Below are positions 45,130 to 53,531 of a stretch of 64,000 nt of DNA, piece by piece. Each line of letters opens with the position of its first letter. Position 1 is the first letter of the stretch. The DNA comes from Clostridiales bacterium. Its GTDB lineage: Bacteria; Bacillota; Clostridia; Lachnospirales; WRAX01. The position numbers and the translations under genes were made by a program. The DNA lies in the NCBI GenBank assembly GCA_031265685.1, contig JAISCI010000073.1, positions 8,915 to 72,914 of the forward strand, in the 5' to 3' direction. Under the pieces are notes generated by a model. It saw only the letters and a program-made list of their open reading frames with translations. It was not told the origin of the DNA and ran no database searches.

Positions 45130-46446
45130 TTACTTAAAGAATCTCGGCAGGTACCGCTTGTGCGCCTCCAGCATCTCGAGAACCACCGCCTTCGCCGCCG
45201 AGTCGGACGGCGTGAGCGGGTTGACCGAAAGCGCCAGAATGGCTTTGTCAGCGTCGCCCTCGACCGCCGCCTCGACCACGAGCCGCTCAAACGACTTGAT
45301 TTGCTGAACCAGTCCGCTGACCGCCATGGGCAGTTCGCCGACCGCGAGCGGCACGGGTCCTCCGCCCGTTATGACGCAGCTGACCTCGACGGCGCTCTCC
45401 GCCGGTATCCCCGCGATCGCGCCGTTGTTGCGCGTGTCCACGGCCTGTATGTCGCGCCGGTCGGTATAAATTGATTCGATAAGGCTGCACGCCGCGTCCG
45501 AATAATACGCGCCGCCGCGCGCCTCGAGCTGGGGCGGCTTGACGTCGAGCGTCTCGTCGCGGTACAGCTCGAACAGCTCTCGCTCGATCTTCTGTACCTG
45601 CCGCGCGCGCGTCTCCCCGGCGCGGAACCGCTCAAGCTCATCCGCCAGCTGCCGGTCCTTGAGATAGTAGTAGCTGTGGTACGGGCATGGCAGTACGCCG
45701 AGCGCCCGCAGAAACTCCGGCTCGTACCGCGCGGGCATGATGTTCTTCATCGTCGCCGCGCCGCGCTCCGGATCGGACGCAAGCTCAAGTAGCCGCCGCG
45801 TTACGTCCTTGCCGTCCAGCAGCGCGCGCAGCGCGTAAACCATGTGGTTAAGCCCTCCGAACGTGACGTTTACGCGATCCGCGCCGACGCCCAGCAGTTT
45901 CGCTATCTCCCTGCTCATGTGGATGGGTACGTTGCAGAGTCCGACGACGCGCTTTACCGCGCCGTAACGCAGACAGGCCTCCGTGACCATCCCGGCGGGG
46001 TTCGAGAAGTTGATCAGCCACGCGTCCGGGCAAAGTTCCCGCATGTCCTCCGTTATATCGAGGATAACGGGTATCGTCCGGAACGCGTTGAACATGCCGC
46101 CCGCGCCGTTCGTCTCCTGCCCGAGCATACCGTGCTCCAGCGGGACGCGCTCATCAATCTCGCGCGCCGCCAGCTGCCCCACGCGTATCTGCGTCGTTAC
46201 GAAATCCGCGCCCGCCAGCGCCTCTCGGCGGTCATACGAGAGCCGCACGTCTATCGGTAAGCCGGACTTTTTGACCATGCGGCGCGCCAGCGCCCCGACT
46301 GTCTCCAGCTTCTCCCTGCCCTCTGGGATGTCAACCAGCCAGATCTCACGCGCGGGAAGCTCGGCGTAGCGCTTGATAAAGCCCTCGATCAGTTCCGGCG
46401 TGTAACTGGAGCCGCCGCCGATCGTGACTATTTTCACGCCGTCCAT
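45130..46446 (-). CDS. GH4 6-phospho-beta-glucosidase (ChbF/CelF-like)
   Basis: Start ATG 46446 (GAGGGA RBS). KIVTIGGGSSYTPELIEGFIKRY NAD-binding N-terminus, NFSNPAG, and GLCNVP. Confidence 0.85.
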   Translation of the reverse strand: MDGVKIVTIGGGSSYTPELIEGFIKRYAELPAREIWLVDIPEGREKLETVGALARRMVKKSGLPIDVRLSYDRREALAGADFVTTQIRVGQLAAREIDERVPLEHGMLGQETNGAGGMFNAFRTIPVILDITEDMRELCPDAWLINFSNPAGMVTEACLRYGAVKRVVGLCNVPIHMSREIAKLLGVGADRVNVTFGGLNHMVYALRALLDGKDVTRRLLELASDPERGAATMKNIMPARYEPEFLRALGVLPCPYHSYYYLKDRQLADELERFRAGETRARQVQKIERELFELYRDETLDVKPPQLEARGGAYYSDAACSLIESIYTDRRDIQAVDTRNNGAIAGIPAESAVEVSCVITGGGPVPLAVGELPMAVSGLVQQIKSFERLVVEAAVEGDADKAILALSVNPLTPSDSAAKAVVLEMLEAHKRYLPRFFK

Positions 46447-46454
46447 CCAATCCC

Positions 46455-47204
46455 TCACAGTTCCGCGAAGGAACACAGCTCATGCCCGTTCGCTTTGATA
46501 AAGTCTTTTATCTCTTTACCGGTGAGAACGTCCATCTCGAAGAAGCGCCGCGTGTTGTACGAGCTGTTCTTAAAAAGAAACAGGTCGCAATAGGCCGGGT
46601 GGCACATGATCTCGAGAGACGCGCCCCGCCGCGGCGATATTATCTCCCGGAGGCGTTCGGCGGTCGCGCCGCCGCCGTAGAACGTATCGTCGAAGGCGTC
46701 GGTCGTCACGATACCCGCGTATTCGCCCGTCAGCAGGCTCCTGTCATACATACGGACCTTGACGCCGTATTTTTTCGCCAGCTTGAGGAACACGCCGGAC
46801 ACGCCGGGCAGTTTGTGCGTATGGTGGTGACTGTCGAAATGATCGGGGATTATGTCGGCTTTATATACCTTCCTGATCTGCGCCTCGTATTCGGACTCTA
46901 CCTCCGCCAGATCCAGCTCCCCGGCTCTGGCGCGGCGCTCCGTCTCCGTCAGTTTGAGGAAATTTCCGTCGGCGTCCGTCAGCGTCCTGTACGCGCCACC
47001 GACGGCCTTGCCCGCCGTCAGCGTCAGATGGACGCCGACGCCAAGCCCGGGGTTCCGGCGCGATACGCGCGCGGCGTGCCCGAAACCGGGCATACCCGCC
47101 ATCATCGTGGTCGATCGGACGACGCCGTTCCGGTAGGACTCAATGATGCCGAGGTTGACGCCCTTGGAATGCCCGAAGTCGTCCGCGTTCACAATTATTT
47201 TCAA
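46455..47204 (-). CDS. chbG: ChbG/YdjC-family carbohydrate deacetylase
   Basis: 249 aa. MKIIVNADDFGHS.GVN.GI metal-binding N-terminus and DSHHHTH. Confidence 0.8.
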   Translation of the reverse strand: MKIIVNADDFGHSKGVNLGIIESYRNGVVRSTTMMAGMPGFGHAARVSRRNPGLGVGVHLTLTAGKAVGGAYRTLTDADGNFLKLTETERRARAGELDLAEVESEYEAQIRKVYKADIIPDHFDSHHHTHKLPGVSGVFLKLAKKYGVKVRMYDRSLLTGEYAGIVTTDAFDDTFYGGGATAERLREIISPRRGASLEIMCHPAYCDLFLFKNSSYNTRRFFEMDVLTGKEIKDFIKANGHELCSFAEL

Positions 47205-47524
47205 CTCTTCTCACCCGCCATTCTGCCGTACAGATCGACGAACTCCCGCGCCAGTTCCTTCGCGAGCATGGCCGTCATGATATGATCCTGCGCGTGAACC
47301 ATGAACAGGTTGATCTCGGTGCGCTCGCCCCGCGCCTCCGCCTGAATCAGACCGGTCTGCGTCTCGTGGACTTTGCGCGTCTCGCCCTCGGAGGCTTCAA
47401 GCGCTTCGCGCGCGGCTGCCATATCGCCTTCCTTCGCCAGGCGGATCGCGTCCATCGCGAAGCTCCGCGCGCTGCCGGCGCTGACGATCAGCTCCATTAT
47501 GAGTGTCTCCATCTTGCTATCCAT
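47201..47524 (-). CDS. PTS lactose/cellobiose-family EIIA
   Basis: 107 aa. Three-helix EIIA pattern IVSAGSARS..A...A..GD...A and LFMVHAQDHIMTA with the phosphorylatable His. Confidence 0.85.
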   Translation of the reverse strand: MDSKMETLIMELIVSAGSARSFAMDAIRLAKEGDMAAAREALEASEGETRKVHETQTGLIQAEARGERTEINLFMVHAQDHIMTAMLAKELAREFVDLYGRMAGEKS

Positions 47525-47623
47525 ATATATCCACCGCGTTTCGCGTTAATTTTACGGATCCCCCGCCCTTGGGGGTGCAGGCGGGGGATAAGGTTCTATC
47601 TTAAGGTTCAGTGTCAGGCGCGT

Positions 47624-47672
47624 CCAGCTTCCAGCCTCTAGCTTCCAGCCTCTAGCTTCCAGCCTCCAGCTC
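47624..47672. repeat. 14-bp tandem repeat (CCAGCCTCTAGCTT x ~3.5) straddling the EIIC stop codon
   Basis: 47631-44 and 47645-58 are identical. 47659-72 is CCAGCCTCCAGCTC. The EIIC TAG (47652-54, minus strand) lies in the second unit. Confidence 0.85.
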
Positions 47673-48989
47673 GCGCTTCTCCTCGATCTTATCCGCGATC
47701 TTTACGAACGGCAGATAGATAAGTACGGACAGCGCCAGGTTGATGAGCTGGACGACCGGCGCGCGCCAGTCCATTCCTGTCGCAAACAGGCCGGAGAGTA
47801 TCGGCGGCGTGGTCCAAGGGATCATATAGCTGACCGGATTCACAAGGCCGGCGGCCGTCGCGGCGTAAGCCACGATAAGGCTGACGATCGGCGCGATGAT
47901 GAACGGAACAGCGAATATCGGGTTCAGGACGATCGGCAGGCCGAACAGCACCGGCTCGTTGATATTGAACAGGCCGGGAGCCGCGCCCAGGCGTCCGATC
48001 ATGCGGTTCTGTTTGGACTTGCCGATAAGGATCAGCGCGATCACAAGCCCGAGGCCGACTCCGACTCCGCCCATATAGATGAAGGCGTCCGCGAAGGACT
48101 TATTGAAGATAAGCGGCGACGCCCCGCTGAGATTGTTCGCCACGGCGTTGGCGTTGAACGTCTGGAGTATGCCCTCAAACATATTCGCGCCGTGTACGCC
48201 GAACAGCCAGAAGATATGCGTCAGCAGCACTACCGCGAGGCCGAACCCGAACGTTCCGGAGGCTTCCGCCATCGGGGCGACGAACGTCTTGTTGGCTATG
48301 TCGAAGAAGTTGGTGTAGCCCTCCGCTCCGTATGTACCGACAAGCGCCGCAACGACGTTGACGATAAGCACTGTGAGTATGGCCGGGAAGAGCGACGCGA
48401 ACGAGCGCGCCACGGCGGGCGGAACGCCGTCCGGCATTTTGATGACCAGTTTATCCGCCTTGGACAGCCGCACGAATATCTCGGTAGTCACAAGGGCCAG
48501 GATGATACCGACGAACAGCGCGCCGGAATTGAGGTATCCCCAGCTGAGATTGCCCCACGCGCCGTCCGCCGACACCTGCGGAACCACGCTAAGATACGTG
48601 GCCAAGGTGACTATCGCCGCGGAGAGCTTGTCGCCGTCGTACCATTTGGCGAGGTTATACGCGATCGCGGCCACCGCCAGCAGCGACAGCATCCCGAACG
48701 TACCCCACCACACGTTGCCGTTCAGCGTTACGATCCACTGTAGCGCGCCGATCTCACCAAGGACTTCCTTGAGCATCGTCTTACCGCCGTCCATACCGCT
48801 GCCGATCGGAAAATTGTTGATCAGCGTCACGATAGAACCGACGATCATGATCGGCATAACCGTGACGAAGCCGTCGCGGATAGCGCCGAGATGGCGCTGA
48901 CGGCCGATCGCCCCCGCCGCCAGCGAGAACTTGTCAACAAATCCGTCCAAAAACTTGGACCAGCCTTGCTTTGCCGATTTCTCAGCCAC
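47652..48989 (-). CDS. PTS cellobiose/chitobiose-family EIIC permease
   Basis: Start GTG 48989, 8 nt after AAGGAGG. 445 aa and multi-TM. It begins ..LAAGAIGRQRHLGAIRDGF and has NEPVLFGLPIVLNP, typical of lactose/cellobiose EIIC. The upstream 42 codons of the six-frame ORF are repeat DNA. Confidence 0.85.
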   Translation of the reverse strand: MAEKSAKQGWSKFLDGFVDKFSLAAGAIGRQRHLGAIRDGFVTVMPIMIVGSIVTLINNFPIGSGMDGGKTMLKEVLGEIGALQWIVTLNGNVWWGTFGMLSLLAVAAIAYNLAKWYDGDKLSAAIVTLATYLSVVPQVSADGAWGNLSWGYLNSGALFVGIILALVTTEIFVRLSKADKLVIKMPDGVPPAVARSFASLFPAILTVLIVNVVAALVGTYGAEGYTNFFDIANKTFVAPMAEASGTFGFGLAVVLLTHIFWLFGVHGANMFEGILQTFNANAVANNLSGASPLIFNKSFADAFIYMGGVGVGLGLVIALILIGKSKQNRMIGRLGAAPGLFNINEPVLFGLPIVLNPIFAVPFIIAPIVSLIVAYAATAAGLVNPVSYMIPWTTPPILSGLFATGMDWRAPVVQLINLALSVLIYLPFVKIADKIEEKRELEAGS

Positions 48990-49054
48990 TGCTTTCTCCT
49001 CCTTAATACTTTCATATTCCCGACAGACGCTGACAGCGCCCGTTTGTGACCGGT

Positions 49055-49282
49055 GAATTTTGCATCGCATTATCGCTTGATGGAATTTTGCGTGAACCAT
49101 GCAAAATTCGTTCACGCGATAATGCTTCGAACCCGCAAAATTCCGCCTGAATCCGCAAAATTCTCAAGTAAATTTTGCCTGAACCCGCAAAACGAATTTT
49201 GCATCGCATTATCGCTTGATGGAATTTTGCGTGAACCATGCAAAATTCGTTCACGCGATAATGCTTCGAACCCGCAAAATTC
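49055..49282. repeat. Two identical 89-bp triple-nested hairpin units (139-bp period) of the GAATTTTGC family between the EIIB and EIIC cistrons
   Basis: Unit 1 (49055-49143) equals unit 2 (49194-49282), 89/89. The unit reads GAATTTTGC-atc-GCATTATCGC-ttgatg-GAATTTTGC-gtgaaccat-GCAAAATTC-gttcac-GCGATAATGC-ttcgaaccc-GCAAAATTC. The 50-bp spacer also contains GCAAAATTC and AAATTTTGC. Confidence 0.9.
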
Positions 49283-49288
49283 TTAACC

Positions 49289-49597
49289 CTATTTCCCCGC
49301 CAGCTCAAGTATCTGCGCCAGCACCTTCTCGCCGTCCATGCGGCCATAGGCCATCATATCGACGACGCCGAGCTTTGTGGCTGTCCCCGCGACCGATTTT
49401 TTGAAAGCGCTCTCAAGGTAGCGCACCTGAGGCCCGAGAAGCATTATATCCGCCTGGGCCGGAGCTTTGCGGGCGTCCGCCTCGCCGACCGCGCGGACGT
49501 CTACATCTACCCCTTTCGCCAGCGCCGCTTTCCGAACCTTCTCAACCAGCAGGCTGGTTGACATACCGGCGCAGCAAACGAACATCACTTTTATCAC
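49289..49597 (-). CDS. PTS cellobiose-family EIIB
   Basis: 102 aa. MIKVMFVCCAGMSTSLLV with the phosphorylatable Cys, and LLGPQVRY. Confidence 0.85.
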   Translation of the reverse strand: MIKVMFVCCAGMSTSLLVEKVRKAALAKGVDVDVRAVGEADARKAPAQADIMLLGPQVRYLESAFKKSVAGTATKLGVVDMMAYGRMDGEKVLAQILELAGK

Positions 49598-49665
49598 GCA
49601 ACCGCCTCCGTTCTATATTCTTGCCTCCTGCCTCTTGTTCCTATATTATGTGCGCGAAACGCGCG

Positions 49666-50805
49666 TTAACTCAAAAACTCGAACGCCTTGAAAATCTTGT
49701 CCGCGCCGTAGACAAAGCCGCCGCACAGTCCGGCTATGCTCATCAGCGCGCTGGGGATCACTTCCGGGCGGCGGAATGTCGTTTCCGCCAAGGCCGCGTC
49801 TATGCCGTCAAACAGAGACTGGCCCAGCTCGAGATATTCGCCGCCGACCGCCACTGTCGGTATGTCGAGCGTCAGTACGCAGTTGTATATCAGTCTGCCC
49901 AGTTCAAAGCCCGTCTCGAATATCGCCCGGCGGACGGTTTCGTCGCCGTCCTTCGCCAATGCCACGATCCGCTCGAACGTAAGCGTCTCATCCGCTTCCG
50001 TCAGCCGCCGCGCCCGCTTGATCAGGCCGTCCATCGCGATTACGTCCTCGGCGCTGCCGCCGCCCGGCAGGATCGAATAGCCGATCTCACCGGCGGCGCA
50101 CCCGACGCCCTCGTAGAGTTTCCCGTCGATAACTATTCCCGCGCCAAGCCCCACTCCGCACATGACGTAGATCAGGCTGCCGGGCGGCGTCTTGAGTCCA
50201 AGCCGCGTCTCCCCGACAGCGGCAAGGTTGACGTCGTTGACGACGTATACGCCGGTCGCGTAGCGTTCCTGCAGGAAGTCCGGCAGGGCGATCTCCGTCC
50301 AGGCGTGGTGGCGCTCCTTCGAGAAATGTTCCCCGGCTTCGCCCTTTATGACGCCGGGCTGGGATATAACGATAGCCCCGAGCTTATCCGGCGCCACGGA
50401 AGCGTCGCGCAGAATAACGTCGAACGCCTCGCCCACGAGCCGGCGGCGCTCCGCGGGCGACGCGCCCGGCGGCGCCTTGACCTTGCCAAGCCCGGCCAGC
50501 TGGTATCTCAAATCGCACACAGCGCACACCGGGTCGCGGAAAGACAAATCCACCGCCCCGACATATTTGAAGCGCTCGTTGACGCGTATCAGGATCGGCT
50601 TGCGACCGCCCGACTTCGCGGCTTCGCCCTCACCCTCCTCCAACAGCACTCCAGCCTTGATCAGATCGGACACGTTGCTGGAAACGGCGGGTTTGCTGAT
50701 GCCAAGCTCTTTGGCGATCCGCGCTTTGGAGATGCCTCCGCTGCCTATAATCAGATCAATTATGGCTTTTTGATTGATGGCGCGGCTCGCCGACCTATCC
50801 GCCAC
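49666..50805 (-). CDS. ROK-family transcriptional regulator
   Basis: 379 aa. N-terminal wHTH ISKARIAKELGISKPAVSSNVSDLI, a ROK sugar-kinase-like body (GVGLGAGIVIDGKLYEG) and a Cys/His region. Confidence 0.8.
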   Translation of the reverse strand: MADRSASRAINQKAIIDLIIGSGGISKARIAKELGISKPAVSSNVSDLIKAGVLLEEGEGEAAKSGGRKPILIRVNERFKYVGAVDLSFRDPVCAVCDLRYQLAGLGKVKAPPGASPAERRRLVGEAFDVILRDASVAPDKLGAIVISQPGVIKGEAGEHFSKERHHAWTEIALPDFLQERYATGVYVVNDVNLAAVGETRLGLKTPPGSLIYVMCGVGLGAGIVIDGKLYEGVGCAAGEIGYSILPGGGSAEDVIAMDGLIKRARRLTEADETLTFERIVALAKDGDETVRRAIFETGFELGRLIYNCVLTLDIPTVAVGGEYLELGQSLFDGIDAALAETTFRRPEVIPSALMSIAGLCGGFVYGADKIFKAFEFLS

Positions 50806-51521
50806 AAAGTAATTTATGGCCGCAACCCCCGTTCTAGAGACTAGAAGCTAGAAAGATTAAGAGCAAGTTCAAAACCGTTGCCGACAGCTTGGTAAGTAAT
50901 TATTTCTTACTAAGTATAAAGCTATGATGAGTTGTTTGTCAAGGGGGTTTGAAAAAAATTTTGGTTATTTTTCTTAGACTGTCAATGTTACATCCTAAAT
51001 TCCCGTAAAAAATTATACCTACAGGAGGAAATGGGTACGGATGTTGCGTGAATACCTTGAAAATAAGGGAATATCGCGGTTTTTAACATAGTTGCGCGCT
51101 CCGCCGTGCCGCTTCGCCGCTTATGAATACAATGTCTGAGTCAGGCTTTACAGTGAGCGTGGGTATATGTATTTACAATGTATTCCGATTCGCCTTGAGA
51201 CTGTATTTTTCGCGTCTACCCTGGGCATACTGTTCTTATTTAGTTCTTGGAGGAGACTGGCGGCAATCACGCCCGCTTTTGACGACGTCGATACCGGTGA
51301 AAATCATTGCGGCGCTCCTTAAAAAATTTGGCTCCGTTTTTGTCCGTCCAAAATTCGCGCGTAATGCCATAGCCGCATACTCAGCATAAAACAGCCGGAC
51401 ATACCCCGGCGCTGGCGTTGTAATCAAGCCGCAGCGCCTGAAACTGTTTCAGGTTTGAAACATTATGACATTATAGGGATGCCGCACAGATCTAAATGAA
51501 AGGATTGTATAATGAAACCCT

Positions 51522-52379
51522 GTGTTTTTCATTATACGAGGTGCCTGTACGCGTAAACTCAAAGTTGTGTCGCTGTACGCTTTCGTTTCGATCGTCGGCG
51601 TGGGTGCGGTATTCGCGCTGGCGTTGCTGGCGAACGCCCGTTTTATACCAATCCGTATCGCTGGCGTCGCCCGGGAGGCGGACGATTCCAGCGCGGCGCT
51701 CGTAGATCGGGTCTACGACCCTAACTTTGTGTTCGCCGACCCGCCCGCGCTGGAAGCCGGGATCTACCTGCCCAAATACGACCTGACCGCGCCGGAGGAA
51801 GCGGAGCGGCTGGCCAGCCGTTTCGGCATAGACGCGGCGGCCACCGAAACTGACGACCGCTATTTCTTTGTGTCGGAGACCGGTCGCTTGGCTGTGGATA
51901 AATACGGCGGCGGTGTCGCGTTCGCCTCGGAAGGCGGCGAAACGCCGGGCGAGTGGGATCCGACGGCGCTCGCGATCGAGACGCTGCAAGGATACGGCAT
52001 TTCCACCGAGTGTATCTCCGCGGCGGAGCGGGCGGCGGGCGGGCGGCGGATCGTGGAGCTTTTCGCGGGGCTGGAGGGACGCGCGGATATGTCCGCGCCG
52101 CGCCGCCTGACATTCGACGCCGAAGGGCGCCTTCTGGAACTGCGCTGCTCTTTCGCGCGATACGAGCGCATCGCGACAGCGCGAATTATGACGACGCGCG
52201 CCGCGTATGCCTTGCTGCCAACGGATTCGCCCGATAAGGATGGACGTATCGATCTGAAGCGCTGCGAGCTGGTGTTCATCGCCGCCGACAGCGTTATCCA
52301 GCCCGCGTATCTATTCACGGGAGCGACTCCCGGCGGGGCGAACTTTTCATATTTTGTCAAGGCGGCGGTGTATGATTGA
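51522..52379 (+). CDS. Hypothetical membrane-anchored protein
   Basis: 285-aa ORF in high-GC coding-like composition, with a single N-terminal TM segment (VSLYAFVSIVGVGAVFALALLA). I recognise no motif. The start codon (GTG 51522) is uncertain. Confidence 0.45.
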   Translation: MFFIIRGACTRKLKVVSLYAFVSIVGVGAVFALALLANARFIPIRIAGVAREADDSSAALVDRVYDPNFVFADPPALEAGIYLPKYDLTAPEEAERLASRFGIDAAATETDDRYFFVSETGRLAVDKYGGGVAFASEGGETPGEWDPTALAIETLQGYGISTECISAAERAAGGRRIVELFAGLEGRADMSAPRRLTFDAEGRLLELRCSFARYERIATARIMTTRAAYALLPTDSPDKDGRIDLKRCELVFIAADSVIQPAYLFTGATPGGANFSYFVKAAVYD

Positions 52380-52422
52380 AGAAAGTTCCGCGAGCGCCCG
52401 ACGCTGATGGCAAAAGATTTTC

Positions 52423-52498
52423 GCGCGGATATGTCCGCGCCGTCTGACATTCAACGCCGAAGGGCGCCTTCCGGAACCGCGCCGCTCTTTCGCGCGAT
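52423..52498 (+). pseudogene. Duplicated fragment of the preceding gene
   Basis: 52423-52498 matches 52091-52172 of the CDS (GCGCGGATATGTCCGCGCCG..CTGACATTC.ACGCCGAAGGGCGCCTTC.GGAAC.GCGC.GCTCTTTCGCGCGAT), with a 6-bp deletion and about 5 mismatches. Confidence 0.7.
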
Positions 52499-52666
52499 TA
52501 TATTTCTTACCCGAAAAATTCACCGAGCAATACAATTTAAGTCCGTCGCCTCTAAAACGAAGCCCGCTTAAACTCGCGCTTTGTTACGCGGGCGGGTGAT
52601 TTTTTTGATTGATTACATACGTACGAGTCGTAATCGCCAACGTCCTCGTAATACGAGACTAGGACG

Positions 52667-52915
52667 TTGGCGATGCCGCCTCGCGCCGAACATCCTATTA
52701 TGAAAATAGTCTTCCGCACCCGGATCGGCCTTCTTCTCGGCGTATTCCAGAATAAACTTGTTGGTCCGCGTCGCGGCTACGTCAACCCCCTTGTGGTTGT
52801 CGTGGTTCAGTCAGTCGGCGTTGCCGGCGTCTCAGTATTCGGATATGTCCGCGCCCACGTCGAGAGGGCTTTCCTTGGATGTGACGAGCTGCTGGTTTCC
52901 GACAAGAATTCACGA
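52667..52915 (-). pseudogene. Gene remnant with three in-frame TGA codons, unknown family
   Basis: A single minus-strand frame reads ..YS*ILVGNQQLVTSKESPLDVGADISEY*DAGNAD*LNHDNHKGVDVAATRTNKFILEYAEKKADPGAEDYFHNRMFGARR.. No intact start or RBS. Its family is not recognised. Confidence 0.35.
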
Positions 52916-53531
52916 ATACATCAAACTTTCGACTTGAAATAACGCGCGTGGGTGTTATAATAGTAACGAGTTGCAAGCGTCCCCAAAAGCTCAATACGCT
53001 CAAAGAAGCCGAAAGCGCCGTTAAGGCTTTAATCAATGAAAATGATAAGAGCGGCGGCGAAAGTTTGAAACAAACCATAGGACGGAGGGAAAGTTTGATA
53101 CAACGTCACACGCCGAGATCTTATTAAAGGCAAAACAGACGGGATGGTCGTGAAAACCGCCGCCGCGATATTGCTGATTAGGCGAAAGCGCGACAGGACC
53201 GGTTCTTGTGTAAAGACGCGCTGCTTGGTTTTTTGGCTTCGCGGTATAACCCGGGGTTATATCGTTTTGTGTTTAAGTAACATAGGACAAATAACCGTCA
53301 TAGGTTTTCGGGCTATGAGGGGTTTCTTCCTGGAACGGTTTGCGTCGGCATTAGCGTCAGCCGTTGCGATACACGCTGCGATAAAGCCGCGGCGGACATC
53401 AACCCCTCAGCATACAAAGCCTTGACTGGACGCGCGTGCTGCAGCGTGCCTTCTCCGCGCATAGCGGCAGGTAAATAAACCCATAGACGACGTTTCATTA
53501 CTCGTTGATTTTGAAAGGATGTGTATATAAA

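Noticed and set aside
49055-49282. Possible CRISPR array (two identical 89-bp repeats with a 50-bp spacer)
   Set aside because: There are only two units. The units are far longer than CRISPR repeats and are nested palindromes. The spacer carries the same half-sites. No cas genes are present. The same module is dispersed singly elsewhere.
51123-51427. 88-aa (+) and 63-aa (-) ORFs in the low-GC island
   Set aside because: No RBS and no recognisable motif. They overlap each other and have atypical composition. They are treated as non-coding.
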